64,000 nucleotides of DNA, taken from NCBI GenBank assembly GCA_051294375.1, contig CM119268.1, forward strand, positions 4,921,878-4,985,877. The letters are read 5' to 3'. The position numbers and the translations under genes were made by a program. This document shows, one piece after another, positions 1-28,055 of this stretch. The first letter of the stretch is position 1, and each line of letters begins with the position of its first letter. Under the pieces are notes generated by a model, which was not told where the DNA came from, ran no database searches, and saw only the letters and a list, made by a program, of their open reading frames with translations. Source of the stretch: Paraspadella gotoi (lineage: Eukaryota; Animalia; Chaetognatha).

Positions 1-1874
1 TATTCATATCTCCCCATTCATCTCCCCATTCATCTACCATTCATGGCTCTAAAATCATCTCTAAATGCATCTCTAAATCATCAATCTCTTTTAATCGTGC
101 CGTTAGTTGGACGCCGACTAATCTCCCTTCTTTCTAATGCTTTTTTTCGATTCATTTTCCAAACAGGACATGGTCGAAAAGTCTCGTCTCTCTCTCTCTT
201 CTCTCTCTCGTCCTCTCCGTCTCTTCTCTCTCTCATCTTGTGTGGCAGCGAGAGAGCAAAGAGAGGAGAGAGAGAGAGATCTTGTGAGCGATTTGTGATA
301 CAAACTAAACGAAAGAATGGGGGATAAAGGACACTTCGTACAGGCAGGGAGAAAAGAGAGAAAGAAGAAGGAGAGAGAGAGAGAGAGGAGAGAGAGGAGA
401 GAGGAGAGAGAAGAGAGAGAGAGAGAGAGAGCGCTCAGCCGCAACATTCTGTATTCACCATGAAAAGCAGAGACGTTGAATTTAAACTGAGGCTGAAAAC
501 CTGAGAGGGAAAAAGAAATGAGATTTGGACTCGAACTTGAGACCTGAGTTTTGAAATCTTGAGACGCAGAGACAAAATTAGAAAAAGAACATTAAGGTTG
601 ATTCAATATTGGAATCATCTAGTAGCGGTAGCCGACGCGAATCAATTTTAATGGGAAAAGCCAATAAACTAAATCCATTAATTGGTATAATTATTGTGTT
701 AAAATATTTTTGGGAAAATATTCCAACCATGAGTAAATTCGCTACTTAATATTATAATATCACTATATAATGTCAAAATTTTTTTTTAGATATTTTAAGT
801 TTTATTTAATTGATTCTGATAGATCTTTAAAAACAGTTAAGCAAAAAATTATAATTACAACTTTTTTAAATTTTTGATGTTTTATTACTAAAAAATTAGT
901 AAAAACTGCCTAAATCATCGGATGATGATGATGATGATGAATTTTTTAAGGTTTTTTCCGCCAATTATTAACCACCCACTTAATCATTAAAATATTGAAA
1001 AAGAAATTATAAACTTTGTGCAGATAACTTTTCATAAGCATTATTGAATCTGCTTTTAAAAATAACAAAAGTTCCAAAAAAAATTTTTGAGACTACAAGC
1101 CTTTCCAGCCATGAATTTTCCTATCTATCGAATATATTAAAAAATTAATTACTACTGATAGCTTGGCTATAGGCCATTTTACAGAAATTTTGGTCCCATT
1201 GAAAGTTTTCTCAAAATGTATGATGTTTCATCTTGAAAGGTTCCCAATCAAACTTCTGGACCGCTTACCGGCCCCATTGACAGAAGATTTGGCTCTAATC
1301 TTAGCTCACTATTATAGGGTCACTATATCATGATAATTATGGAGATTTTATTTAAAAATATTTCACTTTACTCTATATATTTTTTTTTATTGTTTAAGTT
1401 TTAAAATTTTTTTTACAAATATTAAAAAGAAAATAAAAATATATCAGAGAATAATTTTTATCAACATTGGTTCAACGAGAATTATGCCATTAACCTCAGA
1501 ATTCTCTTTTTAGTTGATAACAGTTCGTTATGTAGATTTATTGAAAAAAAATTCACATTTTAAAGTTATTCAAGAAAAAACAATAATAGAATATCGGTAT
1601 GAGATAAAAAAAGCCATTGTTTCATCCTGTAAAAAGCCTTAAAGCTTCAATGAAATCATTGTGTCGACTCGAACTGCGCGACATCGATTCAAGGTGGACC
1701 AAATTAGGTTGAAACTTAATCAAGGTTTTGGTGGAAAAGACCTTAAAAAAAAGAAGTAAAGTAAGAAAAGAAAGAAAGAAATAAAGAAAAAAGGAAAGAG
1801 ATAGAAAATACGAACATATGTGTGGGGCTTGAGGTTGACTCTGGGCTTCCCCCTTGGATGGGAAGTAAGAGAGA

Positions 1875-1973
<99 letters not shown>

Positions 1974-2074
1974 CTGTGGGTTAAAAGTGAAATGGTGTGA
2001 ATTCGACGAAAGAAGAAATAAAATGAAAATTAATTTTGGGAGTCAAAATTGCGATTATTGGAGAAAGGAAGGTT

Positions 2075-2162
<88 letters not shown>

Positions 2163-5100
2163 GGTAAAGAAAGAGAGGTTGAATGCGATAACAGAAGGAT
2201 GAGAGGAATAAAATACACTTTTTTAAATCTTTTTTCATATTTTTGGGGTTTTTTTTTTAGTTTTTGAAATTGTTTTTGAAACTTGTTTTTTATTCATAAA
2301 ATATTTGGGTTTTTTTCATTCCTCTCCCCGATTTTTCCCCTCAAATTTTGGTTTTTTTTTCTCGGCCTCAGCTCCATCACGTGACCTTCCTGTCACGTGT
2401 TTTTCTTCTTCTCAGGAAATTAAGAGTCACGTTGTCGTCAGATCGGAATCGAAAGTCGACGCTTAATTTGTTATCAGAGCGTTAAAAAAATCGATTTTCC
2501 GTCGGTATGGACGACGGGACAGACAGATAGGAAAGACAGACAGTCGGACCGAGTTTAAAGACTTACAGACAAATAGCATTACGAATACGGAGAGACGGAT
2601 AAAGAAAATATGTGGTTATTAGCTGGCCCGATTCTTGGAGATTGCGAAATAATATAATCATAATAATAATAACAATTTAAAATGGTACAAAACTACAATA
2701 AAGTGAAATTAAAATAAGAAACATATAAACAGGTAGAAATTAGAATTAAGAAAAAAATTAAATTAATTAAATTAAATTAAATTAAGGAAAAAAAATTTAC
2801 GTTTCAGAAAGAGTTGTATTATTAGCTCCCCTTAAAAAAAGTGGACAGACCTGACTTTATCGTTATTTTTATTTAAATCGCTCTCTCTCCCTTCCAAATC
2901 TTTCCTTTCTCTCCTCTCTCTTTTTCCTCCATCTCTTCGTCCCCTCATTCCTACCCCCTCTCCCGCCTCCTTTCCTCCCTTCCTCCCTCCTTCCCCCTTT
3001 CCCCCTTTCCTCCCCCCCTTTTCTCCCCCCGTCCCCCCCCTAAGTGGAACTGGCGGAGGCGATGGCGTTGGCGAGGAGGCGGAGCGGACAAGGTTCGCCT
3101 CCAACACGAGGTGGACAAACTTCGGTCCGTTTTGAGAAGAAGGCGACAACGACGACGACGACGACGACGCGCGGAATGACGCCTCACTCTCCAAAGTCGG
3201 GTAAGTTATTAATGTCATGGTTAAACGCTAATAAAGAGTATAACTTTGTAATAAAGAATATAAAAAAAGGTTAAATTTAATTAACACGGGATATTTTTTT
3301 TAAATTCATAAAATTCATAATTATTTTATGAAGTTATTATATACTAATAATCAATATAAAAATATAGCCAATAATAGAAAGTAATATAGAAGAGATCATT
3401 AAATTTATGAAAATAGATAAAAAGTATTAATTGTTTAAAATTAGAAAAAATTTAAAAATTTTTTCCTAAAGTTTTAAGACTAATAAACAAAATAAAGATA
3501 TAACCAATGATAGAAAGTAATTTCATAATAGTAGAATAAAAATAATTCTTTAAAATTTATAAATGGCGGAAATTTTTTTTTAAAATTAAACCCAAAAGAA
3601 ACAGATAATAGCAAGCAAATGAGAGCAGGTCAAAAATTAAATTAGTTAAAGTTAAGAGTAAAAGTTACTGAGCCCAATTGTGTAAAGGGATTGTACTATC
3701 TGTTAAAACGCAAAACAATGCGATTTTACTAACTCTCGCCCGAAACAGGCCGCCGTCTCCAGACTCATTTATAAAGAATTGAGAAATTATCATCCACAGG
3801 TATTTTGGATCCTTAGCGAGACTCGTCCTTACCTTTTTGAATGGCTTTGCCCTTACCTATCCTTTGATAAAAAAATCTAAGTTTGATTCTCCTTTTCATT
3901 GAGCTTGTTGTGAGCTATGCCTTAACTCCTACCCAAACTCATTTGCCCTTGATGCCCTTAATCGCCTTAATCGAGCGACTGATGATTTTTTTTCGTTGCA
4001 TTTTGAGGAAATCTTAGCAAGTTGCAAGTTTCAAACCAGAGATGCGAAATTCGCAAAGAATGATATTGATTCTATTTTATAAAGAACAAGTTGACTTGCG
4101 AAATCGTAAATTTTGAATATAATTATTATGACATGTGTTTGTACATTTGATAGAAGCGGACATCTATAACAGTGACGTCTTATGATTATTGTAGATTTTT
4201 TGCTGATTTGATTTTTCTATTTAACTTAGACAAAATTTTCGAATGCTCGTCATCAGTTTCACTAACTCCGGTGAAAAAAAAACGATCTTGCATTAAAATA
4301 CGCAAAACCAAAAAGATCGACTCTTCCCCGCAATAAACTCCCTTCCTCAACCTTGCCTAAAAAGAAAATTATAAAAAAATCTGAAAAAAACTATGAAAAG
4401 CGGAAAAGTAATCTATGGAAAAACATTATATTAAATTTACATAAAAACGTATGTCACTCTCTTCTATCACTAAAAAAAAAAAATAGTATCTGCTCGTTAA
4501 CGAATAACAAAGATATCAATATCGATTAATAGTAAAGAATACAATTCCGCCACCCCCCCCCCAAACCCCGACAGACCCGCGACATGCCCTGCCCATCGAG
4601 TCGGTGGAGCAGAATCACCCCCCACGCCCTCGTTAACAACTACATGAAGAGAAATCTCCTCGATGCTGGAGGAGGAGGAGGAGGAGGAGGAGCAGGAGAG
4701 TTACCCTCTCGATCCCAACAGCGGAAAGAATCTCGTTCCAAGACCTCAGGCGACGCTGGGATGCTCTTCCAGGTTTTTGTGGAGGGTTTGGAGGGAGGTT
4801 TGGGGGGGTTGTCAGGTATGTCAGGGGGGACAGGTTTGTCAGGTATGTCAGGTAGGGGCAGGGTGGGGGGGGGTTTAGGAGTTTTGAGGGAGATTTGGGG
4901 TTTGGATGGTTAGCAATAGCGACGAAAGTGAAAGAGAGAAGGAGAGACAGAGAGGCAGAGAGAACAGTAGAAAGATGAAAAAAAAAATTAATAAACAAAA
5001 CCAAAGAGAAAGAGGAAAAAACAAATCGCAATATTCATTTCTTACCCCCTTCCCTTTTTCTTCCCCTCTTGTATATCTTCCCCATTCCGCATTCCCCCCC

Positions 5101-6142
5101 TTCTTTTATCCCTCTCCCCCCCCACGACCCCGTTCCACATCCCTCGCCCTTTCCATCACTCATCACGTGTCCGCACAAGAAACAAGGCGTCTCGCGAGTC
5201 TGCGACCTCATCGCCCCCAAAGGCGGTAGCCCGTCCACGAGCTCGTCCGCCATCCAAGGACTCCGGCCAGATGTTCATCGCGACGCGATCCGGGACAACG
5301 ACTTCCTCACACATTTGGAGGACGCCCAGGTTGGGGGTTGGGTGGGTGGCCGTTTGAGAGGGCGAGATCTGATTGACGAGGCCTTTCGGGTCGAGTTATG
5401 GATCGGATTTCAAATATGTCATCGTCTTAATTCGAATTTTTCGATTTGGTGAATTTCTTGGAATTAAACCTAACTTCTCTTCGCCTCTGCTTCTCTGTCT
5501 TTCTCTCCTACAACGAACTCCTCTCTCCTCTTCTCTTTCCCTCCTTCTCTCTCTCTCCGGCCCCTTTCTTCCCTTTCTCTCCCACCCTTCCCCCTTCTAC
5601 TCTATCTCTCTTCCTCTCTCCCTCTCGTACTCCCTCCCATCATCTCTCTCCTCTTTACCCTTCTCTCCTCTCTCCCCTCCCTCTCTCTCACTCTCTCCCT
5701 CCCTTTTTCCCCGCTCCATCCCTCTCTCTCTCCCCTCCATCCCACCAAACCCCTATCGCTATCCCCTCACTGCTTTCTCCCTCTCTCCCTCCTCCCTTCC
5801 CTCCCCTTCTCCTCTCTCCCTCCCCACCTTCCCTCCTCCTCCCCTCCCCTCTTTCCCTCTCTTTCCCCACACTCCTCTCCAACCTCCAGCGTCAACAGCT
5901 CGTGGACTGCATGCACGAGGAATCCTTCAAAGGCGTCCAAAACGTCATCACTGAAGGAACTCCGGGTCTGAACCTTTACGTCATCGCGGGCGGAGACCTG
6001 GAGTCAGGAGAGGCGACAAGAGTCTTGGGGTCTTGTCCGCCGGAAAGGTGTGTGGTCGGGGTCGAGAGAGTGTCGGGGTTAATGTCAGGATGTTTCTTTC
6101 GGCATGTGTAAATAAATCAGTCCGTCGATAAAGAAAACTCTA

Positions 6143-6205
<63 letters not shown>

Positions 6206-6221
6206 TAATAATAATATAATA

Positions 6222-6285
<64 letters not shown>

Positions 6286-7059
6286 GATTTTGATCATTTT
6301 TAACATATTCATAATGCGTTTTTCTAATTTATTGAATCTTCTCATTGACAAAATTATGTTTTTTTTTTATTATCGACATTTATCGGTTTCTTCATTCATT
6401 CATTCATTCATCATTCATTCATTCATTCATTCATCAACGAATGCCTCAACCCCTCATTCTTCTTAGGTTTTGCGAGTTGGCCATTTTGTACAACTGCACC
6501 CGGACAGCATCGGGGTGGCGCTGACAGATGCCGTCTTTGTGGGCGATCGACCGGAGTCATTCAAACATCATGATAAGACGGCGATGGAGAGGCAGTCGGA
6601 GCCGGCTGCAATTCCTCACCCAGGTCAGTGACTGCCGTTAAGTGGGTTAAAGAAGTGAGGCGGACGGAAAAATGGCTCGATTTCCTCAAGTGAATATTTC
6701 TCTTCCGTTGTCCCCAAATTTTACTCTAAATTCTAAACAAAACAAAAACCAACCGATTCTTATCCAAATTTTTGCCATAATTCTAACCCTATTCCTCAAG
6801 CTATTTTTAAACATCGGCTGAAAAGAAGCCTTTTTTGGACAAAATGGCCAAATAAAAACTTATTTTGGGGTTATTAGTTTGATTTGCTTACAGTACGTAA
6901 AGAATTTTCAACAACTGTTAAAATCGCGCGGCTTTGTGATATTTTCTGTCGTAGGGCAAGGGTCAGAACATATGAATGATAATATGATGCGTCGTAATGA
7001 GAATTAATTTTTCTGTGCCAAATTTTCTAAATAATAATATGTATTTCATATCATCTTCA
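1..7059 (+). other. Indel-rich direct duplicate of ~8991-15169, containing frameshifted copies of five PKG exons; probable alternate haplotype or gap-fill artefact
   Basis: Colinear near-identity with 8991-15169, differing mostly by 1-bp indels. Degraded exon copies at ~3044-3200, 4575-4772, 5164-5329, 5890-6047 and 6466-6622. Ends at a 25-N gap (7060-7084). Confidence 0.85.
623..1297. mobile_element. ~675-bp insertion with apparent target-site duplication (possible non-autonomous DNA transposon)
   Basis: Absent from the matching site at ~9570 (GGAATCATCTTAGCATCACT). Flanked by ATCT-AG (617-622) and ATCTTAG (1298-1304). Ends TAG.../...CTCTA show only weak inverted similarity. Confidence 0.55.
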
Positions 7060-7114
7060 NNNNNNNNNNNNNNNNNNNNNNNNNGGCAATCAACGCCTTT
7101 TTCATTTGTTGCAG

Positions 7115-16500
<9,386 letters not shown>

Positions 16501-16514
16501 GTAAGGGTAGGAGG

Positions 16515-16806
16515 GAAGTGAGGGGGAAGTTGGGGAAAAGTGATAAGGGAGAGGGGGAAGTGACAGGGAAGTGGGTGAGAAGTGATAATGGAGTGAGGGA
16601 AGTGACGGGGGGGTGGGTGAGAAGTGATAAGGGAGTGAGGGGAATTGACGGGGGGGTGGGTGAGAAGTGATAAGGGAGTGAGGGGAAGTGACAGGGAAGT
16701 GGTGAGAAGTGATAAGGGAGTGGGGGAAGTGACAGGGAAGTAGGTGAGAAGTGATAAGGGAGTGGGGGGAAGTGACGGGTGGGTGGGTGAGAAGTGATAA
16801 GGGAGT
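16515..16806. repeat. G-rich ~43-bp minisatellite at the 5' end of a PKG intron
   Basis: About 6-7 copies of GTGAGAAGTGATAAGGGAGTGAGGGGAAGTGAC(A/G)GGG(A/G)(A/G)GTGG. Confidence 0.85.
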
Positions 16807-16910
16807 ACAAGTCCATCTGGAGTTGAAACCAATCTAAGTTTCTAGACATAGAGCGTACCACACAGACTGTAAATAAAGTTCTTTANNNNNNNNNNNNNNN
16901 NNNNNNNNNN

Positions 16911-17014
16911 TCTCTCTCTCTCTCTCTCTCTCTCCTTTCATTTTAGCCTCGTTATTTGCTCTGTGCTTCAGGTGTGATTGCCTCAATTCAGATTTCCCGG
17001 AAGATAAACGAGCG

Positions 17015-17053
<39 letters not shown>

Positions 17054-17066
17054 ATCTCTCTTTCTA

Positions 17067-17138
<72 letters not shown>

Positions 17139-17155
17139 CTCTTTCTATCTTTCTT

Positions 17156-17192
<37 letters not shown>

Positions 17193-17197
17193 ATCTT

Positions 17198-17259
<62 letters not shown>

Positions 17260-17284
17260 TTCTATCTCTCTCTCTCTCTCTCTT

Positions 17285-17322
<38 letters not shown>

Positions 17323-17510
17323 CTCTTCCTCTTTCATTGAGGCGTGTGCCAGCGCATTTCTTGACATTTAACAGATATTTTAACATGGAGATAGCAAGCC
17401 TTAAAAAATGTTCATAATTTTTAGTCTGTCCTCTCTCTCTCTCTCCCTCTCCTCTCTTCTCCTCTCTCCTCTCTCTCTCTCTCTCTCTTCTCTCTCTTTC
17501 CTCTTCCTTC
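16911..17510. repeat. (CT)n-dominated microsatellite block
   Basis: Several hundred bp of interrupted CT repeats; representative of the many (GA)/(CT) tracts in the window. Confidence 0.9.
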
Positions 17511-17664
17511 CCTTCACCCGTTCTCACTCGCTCTTGAAAAGATCCTAACCAGATTCATTTTGTGAATCAAATTCTGAGGAGGTAAAAAAATGATGTGGTT
17601 AGTGAAAATCGTGCGTGAAGGAAGCTTAAGAAAGAAAGAAAGAAAAAAAAAAAAAAGAAAGAAA

Positions 17665-17705
<41 letters not shown>

Positions 17706-18029
17706 GAAGAAAGAAAGAAGAAAGAAAGAAAGAAAGAAAGAAAAAAAAAAATATAAAAAGGATATTCTATTCTATTCAAATATCTCCTTTGTTTCTTTGT
17801 TTATTTTCACATCTATATGAGTTTTTTTTACAGACGGAAGCCGAATTGGTTAAATAAAACGAAAAAAAAAAAAACAAATCTGTCCAATTAAGAAACGCGA
17901 GGGTCCGTTTCTCTCTCTCTCTCTCTTCTCTCTCTCTTCACTCTCCTCTTCTCTCCTCTCCTCTCTCTCTCTCTCTCTCTTCTCCTCTCCTCTTCTCTCT
18001 CTCTCTCTCTCTCGTTGTCTAGAACTCAC

Positions 18030-18111
18030 CCGTTTATTTGTGAGTCTTGAAAATCGCCGAGGGAGGATGGGAGGCGGAAGCGCCTCTCTCTCTGTCGCCG
18101 TAGTCTCGGCT
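18030..18111 (-). CDS. PRKG2: PKG hinge exon (exon 9 of those seen), present only in the inverted segment
   Basis: Minus strand reads ttcattag|AGC CGA GAC TAC GGC GAC AGA GAG AGA GGC (SRDYGDRERG, matching the DYGD motif after PKG CNB-B)...AAC GG|gtgagt. It is 82 nt; adding one C to a C-run gives 83 nt, joining phase-0 exon 16342-16500 to phase-2 exon 26115-26203. Confidence 0.75.
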
Positions 18112-18121
18112 CTAATGAATG

Positions 18122-18179
<58 letters not shown>

Positions 18180-18219
18180 AGAGAGAGACAGAAAATGAGA
18201 AAGCAAGAAATCAGTTTGT

Positions 18220-19510
18220 TAAAGAACTTTATTTACAGTCTGTGTGGTAGCCTCTATGTCTAGAAACTTAGATTGGTTTACAACTCCAGATGGACTTGTA
18301 CTCCTTATCATTCTCACCCACCCCCCGTCATTCCCCCATCCCTTATCACTTCTCCCTACTTCCCTGTCACTTCCCCACTCCCTTATCACTTCTCACCCAC
18401 TTCCCTGTCACTTCCCCACTTCCCTTATCACTTCTCACCCACCCCCCCTCAATTCCCTCACTCCCTTATCACTTCTCACCCACCCCCCCGTCACTTCCCC
18501 TCACTCCATTATCACTTCTCACCCACTTCCTGTCACTTCCCCTCTCCCTTATCACTTTTCCCCAACTTCCCCCTCACTTCCCTCCTACCCTTACCTTCAA
18601 CTGGTCGAGATTTCCGATGAAGGTGAGGAAATGCTCTCTATCGAGAGAGAGGACACTCGACGTTATGTGCCGCGATGACGTTGGCCGTGCGGACGTCTTG
18701 GTGGATGAGGGCCTTCTCGCCAAAGTAGGCGCCTCTCTCCAGACGGCGAACCTCCTGGGGCGGAAGGGAGGGGTGAGTGGAGGAGGGGGTGTGAGATGAG
18801 GGGGAGGGGGAGGGGAGGGTAGAGAGGGGGGAAGTGGGAAAGAGAGGTTTGAAGAAGATGCGAAGGAGGACAAGGGTGAGAGATTGTGAGAGAGAAATTG
18901 AATTGAATCGTATTGATCAGTTCATGACCCGGGACGGCAACTAGTACGTCTAAGGGGTCATTTGTTTTTTCCGTTTTAAAATACATAATCCTCCGTTGAA
19001 GTTTTACTAAAAAAAGAAAAAGAAAAAGAAAGAAAAGAAAAAGAAAAAGACAAAGAAGAGAGGGTGAGAGAGAAGACGGAGAAGAAAGGTGAGAGGGTGT
19101 ATAAAAAAAGAAGGAGAAGAGAGAAGGAAGAAATGGAGAGAGAGAGAAAGTAAACAGCAAGAAAGGGAAGAATTATAAAGTTTAATGATACAGCTTAATG
19201 ATAAAGTTAATGATATAAAGAAAAGAGAAAAAAAAATAAATCGTCGAAAAAGAAAAAAACAACTTAAACAGTGAAAGGTAAAAGGAAAGAAGATGAAGAA
19301 GAAGAAATGAAGAAAAAAGTCGGAAGAAAGATTTTTTATCCAACGTTAACTCACGGCGCACAGATAAACGACCTCGGAAACCAATGATTGCTATTTTAGT
19401 ATTTTACAATTTTAACCTAATAAAAATTGTCAATATCGGTATCACCGTCCTAATGATCATCGCAATCACAACTATATCACGAGCCTCACCACTCACCACT
19501 GGAACGTTGG
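18220..19510 (-). other. Inverted duplicate of 15566-16885 (PKG CNB-B exon and flanking introns)
   Basis: Reverse-complement match including YFGEK...REHFLTFIGNLD and the G-rich minisatellite. It continues leftward into sequence missing from the forward copy and breaks at a (GA)n tract at ~19517. Confidence 0.85.
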
Positions 19511-19517
19511 GTTCCGG

Positions 19518-19548
<31 letters not shown>

Positions 19549-19771
19549 TATATTGAAGAAAGATTATAAAACTAACCATTCTTTAATACAATAACAATAA
19601 CCTTATCTTTTTCTTACATCACCTTTTTAAAGCCTAATTTTCTTGAAAATCTATTTAGTAATTTGGCGGGCATCGCCTGAAATGTTCGGGGCGTGAAATA
19701 TCTCGCCAACTTTGGGGGCTTCGGACCCTAAAGTGGCCGCCTCTAAACATTGGCTCTGCTGAGGATATTGA

Positions 19772-19839
19772 AGGCTATGGAATCGAACCCGAGACTATAG
19801 ATTAGGATGTCGCGTTCACCTCCTAATACCCTCTCCGCC
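19772..19839 (-). mobile_element. tRNA-like SINE head
   Basis: Minus strand GGCGGAGAGGGTATTAGGAGG...GGGTTCGATTCC: good B box, degenerate A box, no intact cloverleaf. Confidence 0.45.
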
Positions 19840-19905
19840 ATTTTTTTTGGGTTCTTCATATACACGAGGTTTTGACCCACTTGTCGTGAACCTCACCCGT
19901 GAGAG

Positions 19906-19974
<69 letters not shown>

Positions 19975-20599
19975 ATCACGCTGGGAAAATTATTAGCGAA
20001 GCTTCTTTGACTTCGGCGTTTAAATAGTCATCGTCGTTATCGTCGTCAGCATCGTCGTTTTGGTCATTGTTAATGTTATATATTAATGTGTTATATGTGT
20101 TTAGGTTATATATTAATATGTTAATGTTACCGTCATCATCATGGACGGAGTTGTCCAATGTCCATCGTATTCCTCGTCATTGTCATCGTTATCGTTCTTA
20201 TCATAAAAGTAGTCAGTCTCATCCTCGTTGTCGTGATAATTATCATCGTTGTCATCGTTATCAACGTCATCGTAGTAGTTTTTATTCGTCGTCATCGTCA
20301 TCATTGATTTCATCAATTTCATCCTCAACGTTATTGTGGGCGTCGTCGTCATTATCGTCATCTTTGTCATCGTCGTCGTTGTCATCGTCTTCATCTCTTG
20401 TTACGGAAAGAAAAACGAGTCTTCGTCATCAGTCAAAGAAAGAGAGAGAGAAAGAGAGAGAGAAAGAGTAGAGGAGAGCAAGAGCGAGAGAAGAGAGATG
20501 ACAGAGAGAGAGAGAGACGAAGAGAGAGAGAGAGAGAGAGAGTCACGAGTCCCGAACCCGAGCTTAATTACGACCTGTGTAATCCAACTTCTCTTCTCT

Positions 20600-25985
<5,386 letters not shown>

Positions 25986-26114
25986 GAAATAGAAATAGAA
26001 ATGATCTACCTTTTGACCCTGGACAGTATCTGAGTTACGTGTCCTAAGGGGCTCCTTTCGTACTAATAAATGCTGAAGGGCCANNNNNNNNNNNNNNNNN
26101 NNNNNNNNCCCCAG

Positions 26115-26203
26115 CCTCTCCGCCAAGGTCAGTCGCACGTCTTCCCACGACAACGAATACGAGTCAGTTTCTCTCGGAGAACTCGAACCAGTTGCGACGC
26201 TGG
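26115..26203 (+). CDS. PRKG2: PKG exon leading into the kinase domain
   Basis: cag|C CTC TCC GCC AAG...GCG ACG CTG G|gtgagt = LSAKVSRTSSHDNEYESVSLGELEPVATL(G). Phase 1 joins the [10 protein letters not shown] exon at 28056. Confidence 0.85.
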
Positions 26204-27691
26204 GTGAGTTGTTGTTGTTGTTGTTGTTGTAGTTGTCGTGTTTGTTGTTTTTGTTGTTTTCACAGTTTTTGTTGTTGTTGTTTTGTTTTTGTTGTTGTTG
26301 TTTTTTTTCTCGTTGTTGTCTTTTTTTGTCGTCGTCATCGTCCTCATTTTCGTCGTCTTCGTCGTCATTGTCATCTTCGTCGTCGTGCTCGTCGTCGTCG
26401 TCGTCATTTGCGCGGAAGGTGAGAGGAAGTGGAACGGAAAGGCGACGCCCACGCACGGCGTCTTTGCGATGTTGGTGAATCTAGTCGACCAGTCATGTCG
26501 CTCGCAGATGTTGGTGAGTCTAGTCGGCCAGTCTCGCCACTCACTAATGTCGGCGAATCTTGTCGGTCGGACGCGGTTGGATTTTTTTTGTCTTTTCGTC
26601 ACGTCCAGTCGGACTGGTCAGTAGTCAGATGTCAGTCTCCAGTGGTCAGTGGTAAGTGGTCAGTCATCCCTAGCGCCACCAACTTCTCGACAAACCCTTA
26701 GCCTCACGCACTTAGCTTTAGTCCGTTTACGCCACGAACTTTGCGACGTTACCTTTGCGCCACAACCTTTGCGCCATAATCTTTGCGCTACTCAATTTCC
26801 TCAGCTACGCTTGGCCCTTTCCCTTTGCGTCACATTCTACATTTGCACCACATTTCTTTCTTAATTTATTTACATTTTGTCTTCCACCTTCTATTTTACG
26901 TTTTACGTTTTACGTCTCACATTTTACATTTCATTTCTTTGAATCATTACTGTTTTCATTTTGTCTCGAATTATTGGCTCATTTATCTTCTTCGGTTGGA
27001 AAGAAAACGAAAGAGAAAAGAAAAATTAAAAAGAAAAGAAACAGAAGCAACAAAAAAAGGAAAACATTAGTCGAAGCAGACGCTTTTTTCACTCTCTCAT
27101 CCTTTCGCACTGCTGGCAATCAATACCTTGATTGCAGTCACGAATCCGCACCATCAAAGTCTGGTAGCTTCCAACGGATTCCATTGCATTTGCCAAGAAT
27201 CGCGAGACTAAGAGAAACCAGAATCGAGCGACCAACCAAAACCGCCGGTCCCACTTTTCTTTTTCCCTCCCTACCTCCCTCCCTCCCTCACTCCCTTCCT
27301 CCCTCCCTTCCTTCCTCCCTCTAACTCCTTGCGGAAAGGGCGATAGACAATATTCGGCCACACTTATCGGCTTTTTTCCTTCTTCGGCTTCATTATCTTA
27401 ATCCAATCAACAATTTTCTAGAAAAGATGGTTATGATTTCGGAGGGTTGAATCAAATACGATAGTATACTTAATTATTACTTACACAGTAGTACAAAGCT
27501 ATTGTTAAATTTCATATTAAGGCACGAGCGGGGTAGCCTGTCGTGAGTCATCTTACTGCCATCGGCGCAGTTATATTCCGTAAGACCATCTCTCTCCCAA
27601 CGGCTCAACGCAGACGGTCATCTCTCTCTCTCTCTCTCTCTCTCTCAACGGCCCAACGCAGAGAGTCATCGTTGTGAGTGTGAATAGAGAG

Positions 27692-27843
27692 CAGGATTGG
27701 GATGGCGCCAGTGATGCCCTTCAGGATTGGGATGGCGCCAGTGATGCCTTTCAAGATTCGGATGGCGCCAGTGATGCCTTTCAGGATTGGGATGGCGCCA
27801 GTGATGCCCTTCAGGATTGGGATGGCGCCATTGATGCCTTTCA
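27692..27843. repeat. 30-bp minisatellite, 5 copies
   Basis: Unit CAGGATTGGGATGGCGCCAGTGATGCCCTT, head to tail with no spacers; about 4 copies in the inverted duplicate (~25757-25880). Confidence 0.9.
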
Positions 27844-28055
27844 CCAGCTGAGTCATTTTGGGATTCTTTGAACGAAGTCGGAAGTGAGGCGGTGTTGTTC
27901 GATTCCCGTCATACCGCCCTCTTTTTATCAAAAGTTTAATTTGTTATTGTTTTTGTTTTTGTTAATTTATACAAAATCATTTCAGTTTTTCTCCACCATC
28001 CTCCCCCACCCTCTCTTATCTTTTATCCCCCCATCCCTTTTCCTCACCCTCCCAG

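Noticed and set aside
1-7059. A genuine second PKG paralogue or pseudogene
   Set aside because: Introns are near-identical, differences are indel-dominated and the copy ends at a 25-N gap. An artefact or alternate haplotype is more parsimonious.
16956-17527. ERER/LSLS ORFs here and throughout the ORF track
   Set aside because: These are translations of (GA)/(CT) microsatellites with no coding signal.
18030-18045. Stop-codon readthrough or programmed frameshift in the PKG hinge exon
   Set aside because: One missing C in a C-run restores both frame and splice phase, and the segment is indel-rich.
20067-20471. Ser/His/Asp-rich protein ORFs
   Set aside because: Degenerate TCG/TCA trinucleotide tract with no convincing splice structure.
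27692-27843. CRISPR array or repeat protein (GAIPILKGIT ORF 27605-27931)
   Set aside because: Units are contiguous with no unique spacers, there are no cas genes, and the context is a eukaryotic intron. The ORF stays open only because the unit is 30 bp.
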